Source: Octopus vulgaris
Taxonomy: Eukaryota
DNA length: 64,000 bases
Direction of reading: 5' to 3'
Assembly (NCBI GenBank): GCA_951406725.2
Contig: OX597830.1
Location: 34,968,001 to 35,032,000 of the forward strand
Each line of letters starts with the position of its first letter. The first letter of the stretch is position 1. The notes under the pieces are model-generated. The model searched no databases, was not told the origin of the DNA, and was given only the letters and a program-made list of their open reading frames with translations. The position numbers and the translations under genes were made by a program. Below, piece after piece: positions 39,309 to 55,371 of this stretch.

Positions 39309-39389
39309 GGAGGGTAGAACCAGCATGCTAAAAGTAACAGTCAAAACGTATTGACTGCTATTTTAGCATGATGGTGCCCTTCTTTATTA
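39305..39389. repeat. 85-nt imperfect inverted repeat (hairpin)
   Basis: CATGCTAAAA-G-TAACAGTCAA / AACGTA loop / TTGACTGCTA-TTTTAGCATG, extended by ACCA/TGGT and AGGG/CCCT. Confidence 0.85.
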
Positions 39390-39455
39390 ATTAATAATTT
39401 TGCGTTCATGATTCTTTTACACTGATGTTATCATAAATTATTAACAGTAAGGTCG

Positions 39456-39507
<52 letters not shown>

Positions 39508-40038
39508 TTAAGTGTGTGTATATACTATATACCATATATATATACTGCATATATATATATGTGTGTATATACTGCAAGTTTACTATAGGTATATGAATGG
39601 AAATACATAATACGTATGTGTATATGTCTATGTCTGTCTTTGTCTGTGTGTGTATGTATGTATATATTTGTATATGCATTCGTAGTATATATTTAAATAC
39701 ATGAACATTTATATTATAAACACACACACACACACACCTATGTAAATTCACAAACACACTCGGGTACACATTTACACAACTCCACTCATATAATATGGGG
39801 ACAGGAATTAATAGATGTAGTGATGTGGAAATTGCTTCGCCAGCTCTGGTTCGGCTGTCATTTGCACGTGCATATTGACTCGTAATATGAGACTTGCATG
39901 GCAATGTTGATTGGCTTGCTTAGTTAGACGCCAAGCCATAACGCCCCAACCATCTCACATACTTTCACACCTGAAATCTTTTCCGCCACCTACTCACCTG
40001 AAAATTCATATTCACTCACATACACGTACATACTTACT

Positions 40039-40085
<47 letters not shown>

Positions 40086-40130
40086 TTATGTATGTATGTA
40101 TTTACACACATGAACATATACACACTTATG

Positions 40131-40162
<32 letters not shown>

Positions 40163-42967
40163 TATAAAGATATATGTATATATATATATATATATATGTT
40201 ACAGCGTGTTTATTAACGAATAAAGGTTTTAGAAGGAAGCATTTGGAACTCTATAACACAGTATAAAAGTATGATATATTATATATAGATATGATAAGCA
40301 TAATATCTATTTAAAATTGTAAACAGAGGCACGCGCACGTGTGAGCCCTCTAATAATCACTTGACATGCATATACACGTATATACGAAGTCAAAATGTGT
40401 GAGTGGGTGGGAGTAAATGTGTACATAATGTGCGCCTGTGTATGTGTTTTGGCATGCTGTGTGCCCTTACAAGTGTGAGTGCGTATATATATATATATGT
40501 AATATATAATATATATGCATATATTATTTTCCTTTTTTTGTGGACTTTCCTTTTGCTACGCGCCAAATGTACGGATACACATCCACATGCTCTCATTGAT
40601 ACACATACACATATATGTATTTTGGGTATTACTTTATCATGCACATGTATATGTGCAACTGGTTCGCTTTCTTCATGTACAGTCAGTCTCTATAGATCCA
40701 TCGTACCAGTCCAGTTAAGCAGAAAATAAAAGATGGCAGGACTAGAAAAACGAACGATAACAGCAATAAGAACAAGAGTAACGCTGATCGAGAGCCCTAG
40801 CAGCAAACGCACGAACAACAACAATAAATAAAATCATCGAAGAACAACAATAACAAACAGACAAAATTATTTATATCCATGCCAACCACATGAAGATCGG
40901 CAGAATTAATCGCTAAACTACGACAAAAACATGTGCGCGAGCTCGAATATTTCAGAAGTTTATCTCTTATTGTATGAAGCCAAAAGTTCCCAAGATTCTT
41001 TAGCCGTGTTTTTTTTCTTGAGCTGACTCCATCCTTTTGTATCTGCCGTCCATATCCGCAACTCCTTGATCCGACTAAGGCGTTGATATTAAGCCCGAGA
41101 TTGAACAGAATTACGATCGACGCTACTTCAGTTGCGGCAGTTCTATCCATTTCCTTCCTATTTGCATGGAAATCAAAACCACATTATCTTATACACCTTT
41201 GTTCTAAGATGGTGTATTCATCTGGTAGAAATAGCAGCCAAGTCCCTCTTCCCAAAATGGCATGCCAACAATTAAAATACAATAAGGACCCATTAAATAT
41301 TGTAGAGCTAGACTAGGCTTAGCAGGATTGTATAGAAACTGTTGCAAAATCTTTGTTTATTCAGAGTTCACCTGCGAATAAACAAATCACTTTTTCTACC
41401 TGAGTCTTTCTCAAACGCACGCCCTTTCGCCTTTTTCTCTCTTCACTTTCTCCCTTTCTCTCCCTTCCATCCTTCTCTCTCTCTTCCTACCACTCTCTCT
41501 CCATCGCCTCTTCTGCTCCGTTCTCTCCGTTCTATTTTCTTTACTGATTCCATCTAGTTATACTTGCGTATGTTTTTGTGCTCTGTTCCGTTTATTGACG
41601 CATTCTAATAGAAGATAACATAACCTATCCATATATATGCATGTGCCTGTTGGCGTGCGCGCGTTTCGGGAGCCCCAAAGTTTTGAGTAGTATGGAACCA
41701 TCTCAGCCAATGTTGCTCTGATGTCTATTCTAACACGGTGTTGTAGAACCTGTCAGCATCCAATACTGGCTTAATTACCTATTATGGTTTGGTTTATTTT
41801 CATGGGAAAACTTTATCTAGCCGACACTGCGGCAAGAAACCTTAATGATTCAAAACAGAAAAGGGCGATTTTGGCAGGATGGAGCAGACAAGGCACTTTG
41901 GTTATGCACTGCATCTATCTGCATCTTCTGATGTTCTTGACCTGGTCCTTGTGAATGGACTAACGATGGTCACGGTAAAAGTGTCAAGTTGCTGGTGCGC
42001 AACTCTTCTCTTCTTTGCGTTAAATTAAGTCAGCAAATATATAAGTCACCAATCGTCTTTAAGAACGAGGAGATGGTCGTCGTGATTCTGACGGACGAAC
42101 ATATGTATAACATGCTCAGTGGACAAGAGGCTACAGTCACTGAGATCTGTCAAACCTTTCAAGACTGGTGGGCGGAAAGATGTATATTTTCATCTCACAG
42201 GAAATTTAAGCCCAAAAGATTCTAGTAGAGTAATCACAGATAGAGACATCCAGTTTAAAAGTGGCGCTGATGGTTGCGGTAAACTACATGACATAGCAAA
42301 TCAGCCAGCTCAAGAAATATATTTTTCTCTCTTTTTCTCTCCCTCCCTACCTATCTCTCTCTGTCTCGCCTCTTTCTTTCTATCTCATTCTCCCGTTTTC
42401 TCTATCTCTCTCTCCCTTCCATTGTTCAACGGGTTTCAACACAGTTTCAGTCTATCAGATTTCGTACACAAAGTGCTCTCGTCGTCCTCGGAGTAGTTAG
42501 AGCTTGTGATCATCACGGCCGCCACCATTATGATAATGATGATGGCAGTGATGATGATGATGATGACGATAACGACCATGATGACGGCGACGATGATAGA
42601 GATGTCGAAGGTTTTGTTTATAGGTATTGATGATATAGACGACAATAGGCTTGCAACTATAGCTGATGATGATGGCGATTATGGTTATTGTGATAAAGAC
42701 GTCATTGGTTGATAACGTAACGATAATGTTGATCATAATAGAAATAAATGATTGCGCAGTTAATGTAGTGAAGTTACTATGATGTTGTATATGTTTCAGA
42801 TGTATGGTTGTGGTGTTGTGAAGGAGTTAGTTAAGCTTCCAGTTAGTATATAAGCAATGAACGCGAGGGTGATTGCAAGCAGTGTGTAGAATATATGCGG
42901 CAGTAAGTGGTATTGATAAGCAACGAGATTATGATAACTGCAGTTTTATAATGTCGAGATTGGGTAG

Positions 42968-44510
<1,543 letters not shown>

Positions 44511-44734
44511 TATAAATGAAGAGGTTAGAAAAAGGAGAAAAAAATTGGAAGAGGTGAAGAAAAGTGTGTGTAGATGGGGGAGTTCAGGGAGGGGAACTTC
44601 ATCAGCGGTCCGTGCCAGCGGTTGAACGAATTTGCCAGAGGGTATGTTATATCCACGGCCCCAGGCCTGTTAATGCTTCAACGCTACCACACTAGCTTCG
44701 GCAACACAACTTCCATTATCGCAGCAACGACTTT

Positions 44735-45100
<366 letters not shown>

Positions 45101-45329
45101 TCAGCCATGTTCATCTTTATAAAACATCAACGTTTGCTATAGCGATAGCAACAACAACAATAAGAAAGAATGGCAACTCAATGTGTACAAACGACACCAT
45201 CGCTGGCACTACCATTGGAATGGTTCTGTGGCTGAAAGACGTCGTTACTGTAACTGCCGTAAAAGAACCAAACTTCCCTCGTTATTACTTTCTATGCAAA
45301 CTGTCGGTTCTGCAAGCAATCACGACCGA

Positions 45330-45561
45330 CCATCATCATCATCACGTTCATCAGAATCACCGCCGTCATTATCGGAATCGTCATCTTCATCATCATCGCC
45401 ATGATTGTCATTGTCATCATCATCATCATCACCACCACTGCTGTCATTATTGTCATCATCTTCATCTTCATCATCATCGCCACGATTGTCATTGTCATCA
45501 TCATCATCATCACCACCACTGCCGTCATTATCGTCATCATCATCATCTTCATCGTCATCAC

Positions 45562-45616
<55 letters not shown>

Positions 45617-45710
45617 TTCATCGCCATCATTGTCATTGTCATCATCATCACCATCATCACCATCATCATCATTATCATTGTCATCATCATCGTCGTCAGC
45701 ATCGTCATTG

Positions 45711-45745
<35 letters not shown>

Positions 45746-45772
45746 GTCGTCGTCGTCATCATCACCATCACA
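45330..45772. repeat. Degenerate (CAT)n tract containing an 81-bp tandem duplication
   Basis: Read directly; the unit CATCTTCATCATCATCGCCA.GATTGTCATTGTC...CACCACCACTGC.GTCATTAT occurs twice. Confidence 0.9.
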
Positions 45773-46094
45773 ATAAGGCCCTAGGCTGGCAATGTTTGAG
45801 GGAGCGGATTAGTCGATAACATCGACCTCAACCCTTGACTGGTAGTTTTCCGTTTTTATTTTCTTCTTTTCTCTTTTTATTTAAACAGGAGAGTTCACAG
45901 AGAAATTTGAATGTAGCAGGATTTGAACTTAGAAGTAAAAATGTAGGGTACAAAAAAGTAAGAATTACTAACAAAGATTATTTTGACTGAGGCTCTTAAG
46001 GATTTTGCAGGTTGTTACCTTAACGACAAAACAATAGCAATTCTTTCTAATTTTGGTTCATGGTCAGCAATTTTAAGGGCTGGTGCAAGGCCTT

Positions 46095-46146
<52 letters not shown>

Positions 46147-46212
46147 GTTACTGCTCTGCTACAGCTGCTGCTACTACTTCTACTATTAGCACTACTTCTA
46201 CGTCTCCTACTA

Positions 46213-46261
<49 letters not shown>

Positions 46262-46392
46262 AGTTGCTACTGCGAAAATTACTACCAGTACTATGGCTAC
46301 TACTACGATTATTAATACTACGGTTCCCCCACTTTCACCTGCTACTACAGCTACTACTACTACTACTACTACTGCCAATAGTTAATTTTGAT

Positions 46393-46594
46393 TTCCAATT
46401 TTGGCACAAGGCCAGCAATTTTGAGGGTGGGGATAAGCCGATTACGTCGACCCTAGTGCTCATTTGATCGTACTTATTTTATCGACACCATGAAGATGAC
46501 AAAACCGACCTCGGCGGAACTTGAACGCATAATCTAAAGGCGGACGAGATGCCACTAGTTTTTTCCACCGCGTCCTAGCGATTCTGCCAGCTCG
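46393..46594 (-). mobile_element. SINE family C monomer
   Basis: TTGGCACAAGGCCAGCAATTT...TACTTATTTTATCGAC...GATTCTGCCAGCTCG. Confidence 0.8.
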
Positions 46595-46622
46595 TTAGCT
46601 AATTAATAAAGTTAATATTACA

Positions 46623-46805
46623 ACTGTCAACAGAATCGTTAGCAAGCCGAATAAAATGCTTACAGGCTTTACGTTCTGAGTGCAAATTCCGCTGATGTCA
46701 ACTTTGTCTTTCATCTTTTAGGGTCGATAAAGTAAGTCCCAGTTTAATACAGGGTTCGATGTAATCTACTTGCCCCTACCGCGAAATTGCTGGCCTAGTG
46801 AAACC
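46623..46805 (+). mobile_element. SINE family C monomer
   Basis: CAGAATCGTTAGC...TTCTGAGTGCAAATTCCGC...TTTCATCTTTTAGGGTCGATAAAGTAAGT...AAATTGCTGGCCT. Confidence 0.8.
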
Positions 46806-47024
46806 AATATTTCGACTGACTCAATTACTAGTCCTATTTCAATAGTATGAACAGTATCAGCAAATACGTTTGGACCCATCAACACGAACGCTTTATATTA
46901 AGCCACAAATGACAATAGAATTAGAAATAAAGTTAACGCCATTCGGGCTACAACCACCATTGCAAAACCAAATTCAACAAGAGCTCCACTGCTGTCAAAA
47001 TTTGTGTAATTACAACCATCAAGT

Positions 47025-47084
<60 letters not shown>

Positions 47085-47439
47085 CTATTACTACTACTAC
47101 TACTACTAACAATTACAATGACGTTCACCACTTCTTTATTGTCATTAATGCGAACTCATGCAAGAGTACTAATGCAATTGTCGATATACGTAGAACTACC
47201 AGTGCCTCCTTTGCTATTACTGTATTAACAACAACAGCAATAGCAGAAACAACCACCACCACCACAACAACAGAGCGCCGTCTAAATTAGCACCATCATT
47301 AAGATCATCACCTTCGTCATTGTTCATCTCACGATAATCCCCTCTGCATAATCGACACCGTTATCATTATCACCAAGACGACCACCATGGCCATCCCGCG
47401 ATAACGACTCTTATCACTATCATCATCGCGATGACTTTT

Positions 47440-47494
<55 letters not shown>

Positions 47495-48149
47495 TCAACA
47501 AAACCTTCTACCCTAATTACAAAACTAATTCTATCTCCATTTGCTACCACCTCCACCAACATCTTTATCCGATGCGCTCTGACCTGAGGCTAAAGACCAT
47601 AAATAATAGCAACATCATAAACAACAACAAGAGCAGAAACCAACAATAGCAATGTTCACTGCAACAACACTAATATAATCAGCACCACAACAGCAGTTGT
47701 TGTCACCACTACAACTTCTACTCTTACTGCTATCACAAACTCTATCATTACCATACAAACACTAAATTTCATGGAGACAATAGCAAGCGCCATCATCTCG
47801 ATAAATACCTAAAGCACCTCTCCCATTCTTTTACACCATTCCTGCTTTTTCCTCCTATTCTTATCCGTTCTCTACCTTTTTTAAGATTTCACCCTCTTGT
47901 ATAATTTATGCTAAATTATAGTATTATTCTTCAGCTTCGTTTTTTTTCTTTATTTTCTTATTGTTCTAACTTCATATGTTTCCCTCTATATTTTTCTTCA
48001 GACATTTCTTAACTATCAAATCAGTGATATGATATTTGGTCGACAGAACGAAGCAGGCAACTATGGTTAAGCAAGCATAGTTCCCTCATGAACTATGTCG
48101 CTGTTGCCTGGGTCCAAAATACAACAAACGTACAATAATTGACAGAACT

Positions 48150-48800
48150 TGAAAAAAGAATGTACTTTACAGATATAAACCTGCGCACAACATACTTTCA
48201 TAATAAAAGAACGATATTGAAAAGGAAAAGCTATCTCGATAAACGAGGGTTACAGTTAGTTACTACCCCAAGCTTTAAAACACTCTGCCTGTCGTGACAT
48301 GGAACTCATTTCCATATACTCAGAGATATATGGCAAACAGCAGAGCAATACTACGAAAACATCCTAGAAACACTTTGTTTTCCATGTTGCATGAGTGATA
48401 CAAACACAGAGATGGTAGCAAGATCCGTTGCACTAATGGCCGCATTTAAAGTCCTAGATTGTCACACCACGAACATAACAGCAGAGGAATAATTATCATG
48501 CTAAAACTGAATTCTTATTCAACTTTGCAATGGGCGTCGCCAGAATGTTCAAAATACTACGGTAGCAGAAAGAATGCAATATTTTTAGAGTGCTGGCCTG
48601 CACCTCATTCAGTCTCTAAATGCATGTTCGACAGAGCTTGTAGTATGATTTTCCTTGAGATGATGACATTGCATAATCGAGATGTATGTGTGAGTCCTAC
48701 ATCATACCTTGGCTGAGAGTTTCCTTGCTTTATCACAGTTCGATCCGTGATGATCTGTGACTATACAACAGCACCAACTGCATATACTACCAAAAAAGTC
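48150..48800 (+). mobile_element. Possible pogo/Tigger (DDE_1) transposase relic
   Basis: Broken traces FK.NTLPVVTW (near 48275) and RGIIIMLKLNSY (near 48485, QGII..LK..Y-like). Confidence 0.3.
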
Positions 48801-49621
48801 TTTTGTAAGAGCGTAAAATTTATGGATGTGAAATAGAATTTAAATACGAAATTTCAATATTTGTGCAACATGGAATGAAAATCTAAATATTATCTCATGT
48901 TATAAATTACTAAGCAACAAATATTATATAAGAGTATATGTATAGCGAAGCAAGGACCACTACAATGCTGATATTATTCAATATAAAGATATAAACTGCA
49001 TTCTCCCTCCAGATATAAACTATAACCGAGTAGTTAACTATTCAACTACGCTAAATTAGGCTCTTTCATCAAAGCTTTCCATTAAATGAGGAAAACAACG
49101 AAAGAGCCTCAAGGTGTTCACACGACTTGCTAGTCATACATGAGGAAAGAGAATAGACAATGGAGGTCAGCATGAAATACTTTGCAGTATTTATTCCAGT
49201 TCCTAGAACTCTGTGTTCACATTCAGCTAAGGACCGCATTACTCTTCCCCATTCAGGGGTCTATGAGTAAATTGCTTTTCAATGGAGTTGACGAAAGGAA
49301 TATTTAGGAAGTTTCTTCCGGGGTTTTTTGTGGTGTGATTCCAGACGGTGTGGCTGGCCTGCTTGGATAGTAGACCTAAGCATGGTTTAAAATCACCATC
49401 TGGCACTTGCATGGCTTTGAGAGAATTTCTGTTTGGGAAGCATTTGAGCGAGGTATTCCATTCAGGGATAGCTTCATACAACTCGTTGGAAGTTATCACC
49501 AAACGGAAGAACACGCTCGACTTGACGTAATGAACAATGGAACGCTAAACGTGTTTCAACAAGAAAACAATAAACAAAGTTCGGATGGAATTGAAAACCT
49601 CTGTTAGGAAAAACTTTCAAC

Positions 49622-50020
49622 TGGCGCTGGAGTGGCTGTGTGGTAAGTGGCTTGCTTACCAACCGCATGGTTCCGGGTTCAGTCCTACTGCGTGACACCT
49701 TGGGCAAGTGTCTTCTACTATAGCCTCGGGCCGACCAAAGCCTTGTGAGTTGATTTGGTAGACGGAAACTGAATGAAACCCGTCGTATATATGTATATGT
49801 GTGTGTTTGTTTGTCTGTTTTGTCCCCCTCCTCAACATCGCTTGTGTTTACGTCCCCGTTACTTAGCGGTTTCGGCAAAAGAAACCGAGAGAATAAGTAC
49901 TAGGCTTACAAAAGATAAGTCTTGGGGTTGATTTCCTCGACTAAAGGCTCCAGACTAAAGGTGCTCCAGCATGACCGCAGTCAAATGACTGAAACATGTA
50001 AAAGAGTAAAAGAGAGAGAG
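49622..50020 (+). mobile_element. SINE family A, full length, inserted at the 5' side of the maT-like transposase
   Basis: GGAGTGGCTGTGTGGTAAG...CCTTGGGCAAGTGTCTTCTACTATAGCC...GTAAAAGAGTAAAAGAG. Confidence 0.92.
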
Positions 50021-50030
50021 AAACTGTTCG

Positions 50031-50863
50031 AAAGAGAAAAACGCATCTAAAGGTTGGTACTATACAAGGACACCCCAAATCTAACAATTGGTTCCAAACA
50101 TTATTGATAATGATACCGAAAAATTAATGAGGGCCATCACCATAAACATCACGTCCCGTGTAGACTATCAAAACTTGGATGCACGAAGACATTCGATACA
50201 AGTCACATGTACTGAGACCCCAGCTGATAAAATAATATCTGCAAAGAGATAGAAAGTCTTGTAATTTGTGCCAAGCGGCTAATTAACGTGGTTCAACGCT
50301 TCACGAACAAGGTATACTTTGGTTCTCATCTAACGTGAGAAAATATTCGATCCAGACCAAAAGGAGGAATGACAGATGGTTATGACCAGATCCTTCTGAT
50401 ATCTATATTGTGATCCATACTACATTTCAAGCAATTTGGGTGGTTTTAGGGTTGGTGAGGAGTGAAGGTCACATTATATCAACTCGTATCTTTCCGCTGT
50501 AACATAGAATTAATACTGCCGGGTAGGTCGAATTGTTAAGGTCTTCATTGATATAGTACGCAATGGAACGCTTAACATGTTTCAACAAGGCTCAGCATCT
50601 TCACAAAAAGCTCATGCAACAGAAGAATGGATGCTGGACATTGTTTATATTCACCTAACATTTAGACTTCAAACTTCCCAGATTTAACTGCCACGAACAA
50701 CAAAGTTCGGACGGCTGTTGAATAGAAAAATAATTGACACCTTCACAATACCATGGCTTCAATGATCTCCGGCACGAATAAATAACGTTTAAGGCGGGCA
50801 TGTGAGCACTTCCGGTCCCAAAACTAAGCAGTTGTCGAAGCTGACAGCGGATTTATAGAATAA
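50031..50863 (+). pseudogene. Tc1/mariner DD37D (maT)-like transposase pseudogene
   Basis: Frame-broken translation RTPQI...IIDND...MRAI...HEDIRYKSHVLR...WFSS..EKIFDPDQK...DRWL*PDPSD...VVLGLVRSEGHI...FQQGSASSQKAHATEEWM...FPDL...RACEHFRS...VVEADSGFIE*, collinear with DD37D transposases. Confidence 0.85.
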
Positions 50864-51332
50864 TTTTATAAGAAGGCTTATGGAAAACGTGCACAATTTT
50901 TTAATACAAATTCGGTTGATTTTTGCTAGATTACAGTATTAAATTAGGGAATTTCTCCTCAAATATCTTTCATACGGCTTTTTACTATAAATACATTTAC
51001 ATACTCATATAGAAAAACAGACACAACACACAAACACGTGCAATTAACACACACACACACAAAGGCACATACACATACACACAGTATCGGTACTGAATGT
51101 ATGAATATGTGGGAATTCAAGCTGGTATGGATATGAATCAGGGCATAATGATATATTTTTGTATATATAAAACTTCTACGATCTGTATATTCTGTTTATC
51201 AAGCAAATGATGTTCCGTACATTTTATGCAGTTTAGCTATATACATATATTTATATCTACATCTATCTATTTATGGATATACATATATCTCTGAATGTAT
51301 GTGTGCATATGTATGTGTTGATATATGTATCT

Positions 51333-51566
<234 letters not shown>

Positions 51567-51936
51567 TCATAGAAACAGGCCATCGATAAATTTGGTCAAT
51601 TAACCATGTGTATATATACAAATGCCATCGTGCAAACGCGTTACTTAGTTGTGTGCGCAAGTGCATTTCTATGTCTATGCGTGTACATGTGTGTGAGTAC
51701 AATTGTAGCTAGAGATATATTAGGAACGAATTTATATATTTTGTATATTCCTGTAATAAATATGTATTTATATTAATATATATATATGCATGCATACATA
51801 TATATATGATGCGTCACATACTACTGTCATATATATATATATATATTTGGGTGTCTGAGTGTGTCTGTGTGTAAGGACATATTTGTATATGAATGGTACT
51901 TATATATGTGTATATGTTGTATGTATATATATATAC

Positions 51937-51995
<59 letters not shown>

Positions 51996-52919
51996 TTTAT
52001 ATATATATATATAGACATATATAGACATATATATATATACATAGATATGCACGTGTGTAAGTACGTAAATGTGTGAGTATGGGTGTCTGAGTGTGTGTGT
52101 GTGTATGTATGTATAGATATGCATATAAGTATTATATATATGTATGTATACATACAAATAAACATACGTATGTACATGTATATGCTTCTTGGCGTTCAGC
52201 ATAAAAACAGTTTTGTATCGTTCTAAGCACGCACCTAGCATGACTGGGGGCATCTGGAGCGAGTCACATTCTGAAACTTCCAATAAGTTTCCAATGAAAC
52301 CTATATAAACACACACACACACACATACAGACACGCACACACACAAGCACATACACAACCACATACACATACATACATGCTACTACACATACATACACCA
52401 AACACAAATGTATACATGACTGGTTAATTTTGTGACTGAGAATGGCCTTCGTATTATCCACTTATTCAAGGATTTCTGGTGTGAGGCAATTTAATAAGTA
52501 TCCGATGCTTTTTGTTTGTTTTGGTATCTAAGTCTTCTCGTATTTCGTTTTTAAGTTGCGGTGGAGGCCATTCAGCTGTGTATATTTTAATGGCACATAT
52601 GCAGAAAAGACATGATGCGGAGAGAAAGAAATAGGATGTACGTATCTTCACACACACACACATACATACCTACATATATATATATATGTGTGTGTGTGTG
52701 CGTGTGTGTGTGTGTGCACGTGTGTGTATGTGTGTATGTGTGTGCATGGATGCATGTATGCATATATATGTATATGCATACATATACGTATATACAAATA
52801 TACACATATATATGAAGATATACTTATGTACATAAGATAAAAACCTATATATATACACACATATATATATATATATACATACATGCATATTTGTGTGTGT
52901 ATCTATCTCTCTATCTATC

Positions 52920-52956
<37 letters not shown>

Positions 52957-53107
52957 TTATTTATATATATACATACATATACTCACGAATATATGTACGT
53001 AAATATATGCATACAGGCATAGATTTAAGACAATTAGCATTGAAATTTTGCATACCTGATTATATACATGTGGTTTGAATGCATGTGCATAAAATATAGA
53101 TCGTAAC

Positions 53108-53164
<57 letters not shown>

Positions 53165-54010
53165 TATATACACCCACACAGCCAAATACAAAACAAACAG
53201 AAAACACAAAAGCACATATATTTATATACATATATATATATATATTTATACATATATATACATATATATATCATATATATTTACACACATACACACGTTC
53301 ACATACATGCTCACACATATATTTAATTAATTTTGATTTCCTACTTAGCATGAGGGTTTTACACAAGTGTATCGCTGGAACCGCACATGTTTAAGTGAAT
53401 TTGTGTTATTCGTAGATACAGAAGTCTGAAAATGATGAAGCGTTTGTATGATTGTTCGGCTTTTCGCCATTGCTTCTACAGGGTAGTTACTCTAATCAAG
53501 CAATCTACTGTCAAAGTTGTTCTTGTGGTGACTACCTCATCATTTATATGGCCATGAAACTTTTCTTTACTGAAAATATGTTCTTTACTTAAAAAAAAAA
53601 AAAAACCTTGCGCTTGTTTGATATAAATAAAATCTGAATGATAGCTCTATAATGCAAAACAATTCTGTTTCGGCTTTGTAAATTGTTTAATATATCTCTC
53701 ATAATTTCTGATATTCTTTCTTTCCATGCGTGTAAGCCAGAACAGGGAGTCAAACGTGGATAAGTAAATCTATCTTAATTTACTAATAAATTATTACATT
53801 TTTTCTGAGCTTTGAATTTTTCCCAGGTATACCTACAAAAGGAACCCGTGTTCTCTGATAAACAGTCATCTAAGGCAATAAAATATTGTATGTTTGTTAC
53901 TGTTCATAATATTGTATCTCCACATCAATATTTACGTACAATCATACATACATAAATATATGTGTAAATGCATATGTACTCATATATATATTAATGCAGG
54001 AGCCAGTCCT

Positions 54011-54440
54011 GATTTGATTAGACTTGAAGCTCCAAAATACTAGCAGGCAAAATATGTGTACAAATGGTCCTAATACCATGAAACGTGATTCTTAAGTATG
54101 CTTAGGTATGGATTAATTAATTATGAGATAATCAACTTGCGTAAATAACTAATTTAATTAGACTTTAAGCTCCAGTAATGAATCACATTGAATATTACTC
54201 CTTAGACACAAGTGATACTTAAATGAAAACTTAAGAAAAAAACGGGTATGGAAAGACAAATTAAGAAGTTTTAATTAGACACTTAATTAGGAATTAATTA
54301 GACTTTCTGCTCCAGCGTCAATTACTTCGCAGAATTGTTCACTAAACCCAACTGAATCTATTCATGTCACTTAAGAACCATTTTAGGTATGGATTTCTAA
54401 TTTAAGAAGCATTTTCTACTAATCACTATACACTAATTAA
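54011..54440. repeat. Diverged 140-bp tandem triplication
   Basis: ATTAGACTT..GCTCCA at 54017, 54157 and 54297; GGTATGGA at 54105, 54245 and 54386; CTTAAG at 54091, 54230 and 54370. Confidence 0.85.
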
Positions 54441-54619
54441 GGAGAAATATACAGAAACACTGTTTTCAAGCTACGTGATGACTGCAACATACAAACGTGT
54501 CTTAGACCAAAAACTTGTTTTGACAGAGTTTGTCACGTGTTTGTAACGCTTTATCCATTTCTTTTATCATATTCATTCGCATTCAGATCATACGAAAATT
54601 ATGAGAAAATTATGAGATT

Positions 54620-54812
54620 TTTTTAAAATTTGGGATTACAAATTATCTTTTAAATTTCAGCCATTTTGGTGTTTGCTGGTATCTGAGCTAGGTAGGAATC
54701 AGACCCTTTTGCTATCAGTCCTATGGCACTTATGATACCAGGTATTGTTTTAATCTTGAGGTTCCACATTTTGCCAATTTCTGTTTCAAGATCTTTATAC
54801 TTGCTCAGGTTT
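54620..54812 (-). mobile_element. R4/Dong-type (restriction-like endonuclease) LINE 3' fragment
   Basis: LSKYKDLETEIGKMWNLKIKTIPGIISAIGLI matches the RLE C-terminal motif K..KY.DL..EI..MW....IP.(V/I).GALG; it abuts (ATC)n(ATT)n. Confidence 0.85.
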
Positions 54813-55222
<410 letters not shown>

Positions 55223-55321
55223 ACAAGCATTTGTATACATAAATGCGCAACTCGGTAATTCAGTCACACACGCATAAATATATACATATATAGATATATG
55301 AATATACATGTATATATACAG

Positions 55322-55371
<50 letters not shown>

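Noticed and set aside
42040-42290. Second DD37D transposase relic (DGRTYV, QDWWAE)
   Set aside because: Only two short degenerate motifs; insufficient without a translated search.
44575-44612. Minus-strand CTGATGA-AGTTC..GAACT as a hammerhead
   Set aside because: A stem II-like hairpin is present but no GAAA or stem III follows.
54011-54440. CRISPR-like repeat-spacer array
   Set aside because: Eukaryotic context, repeats are short and degenerate, there are several conserved blocks per unit, and no cas genes.
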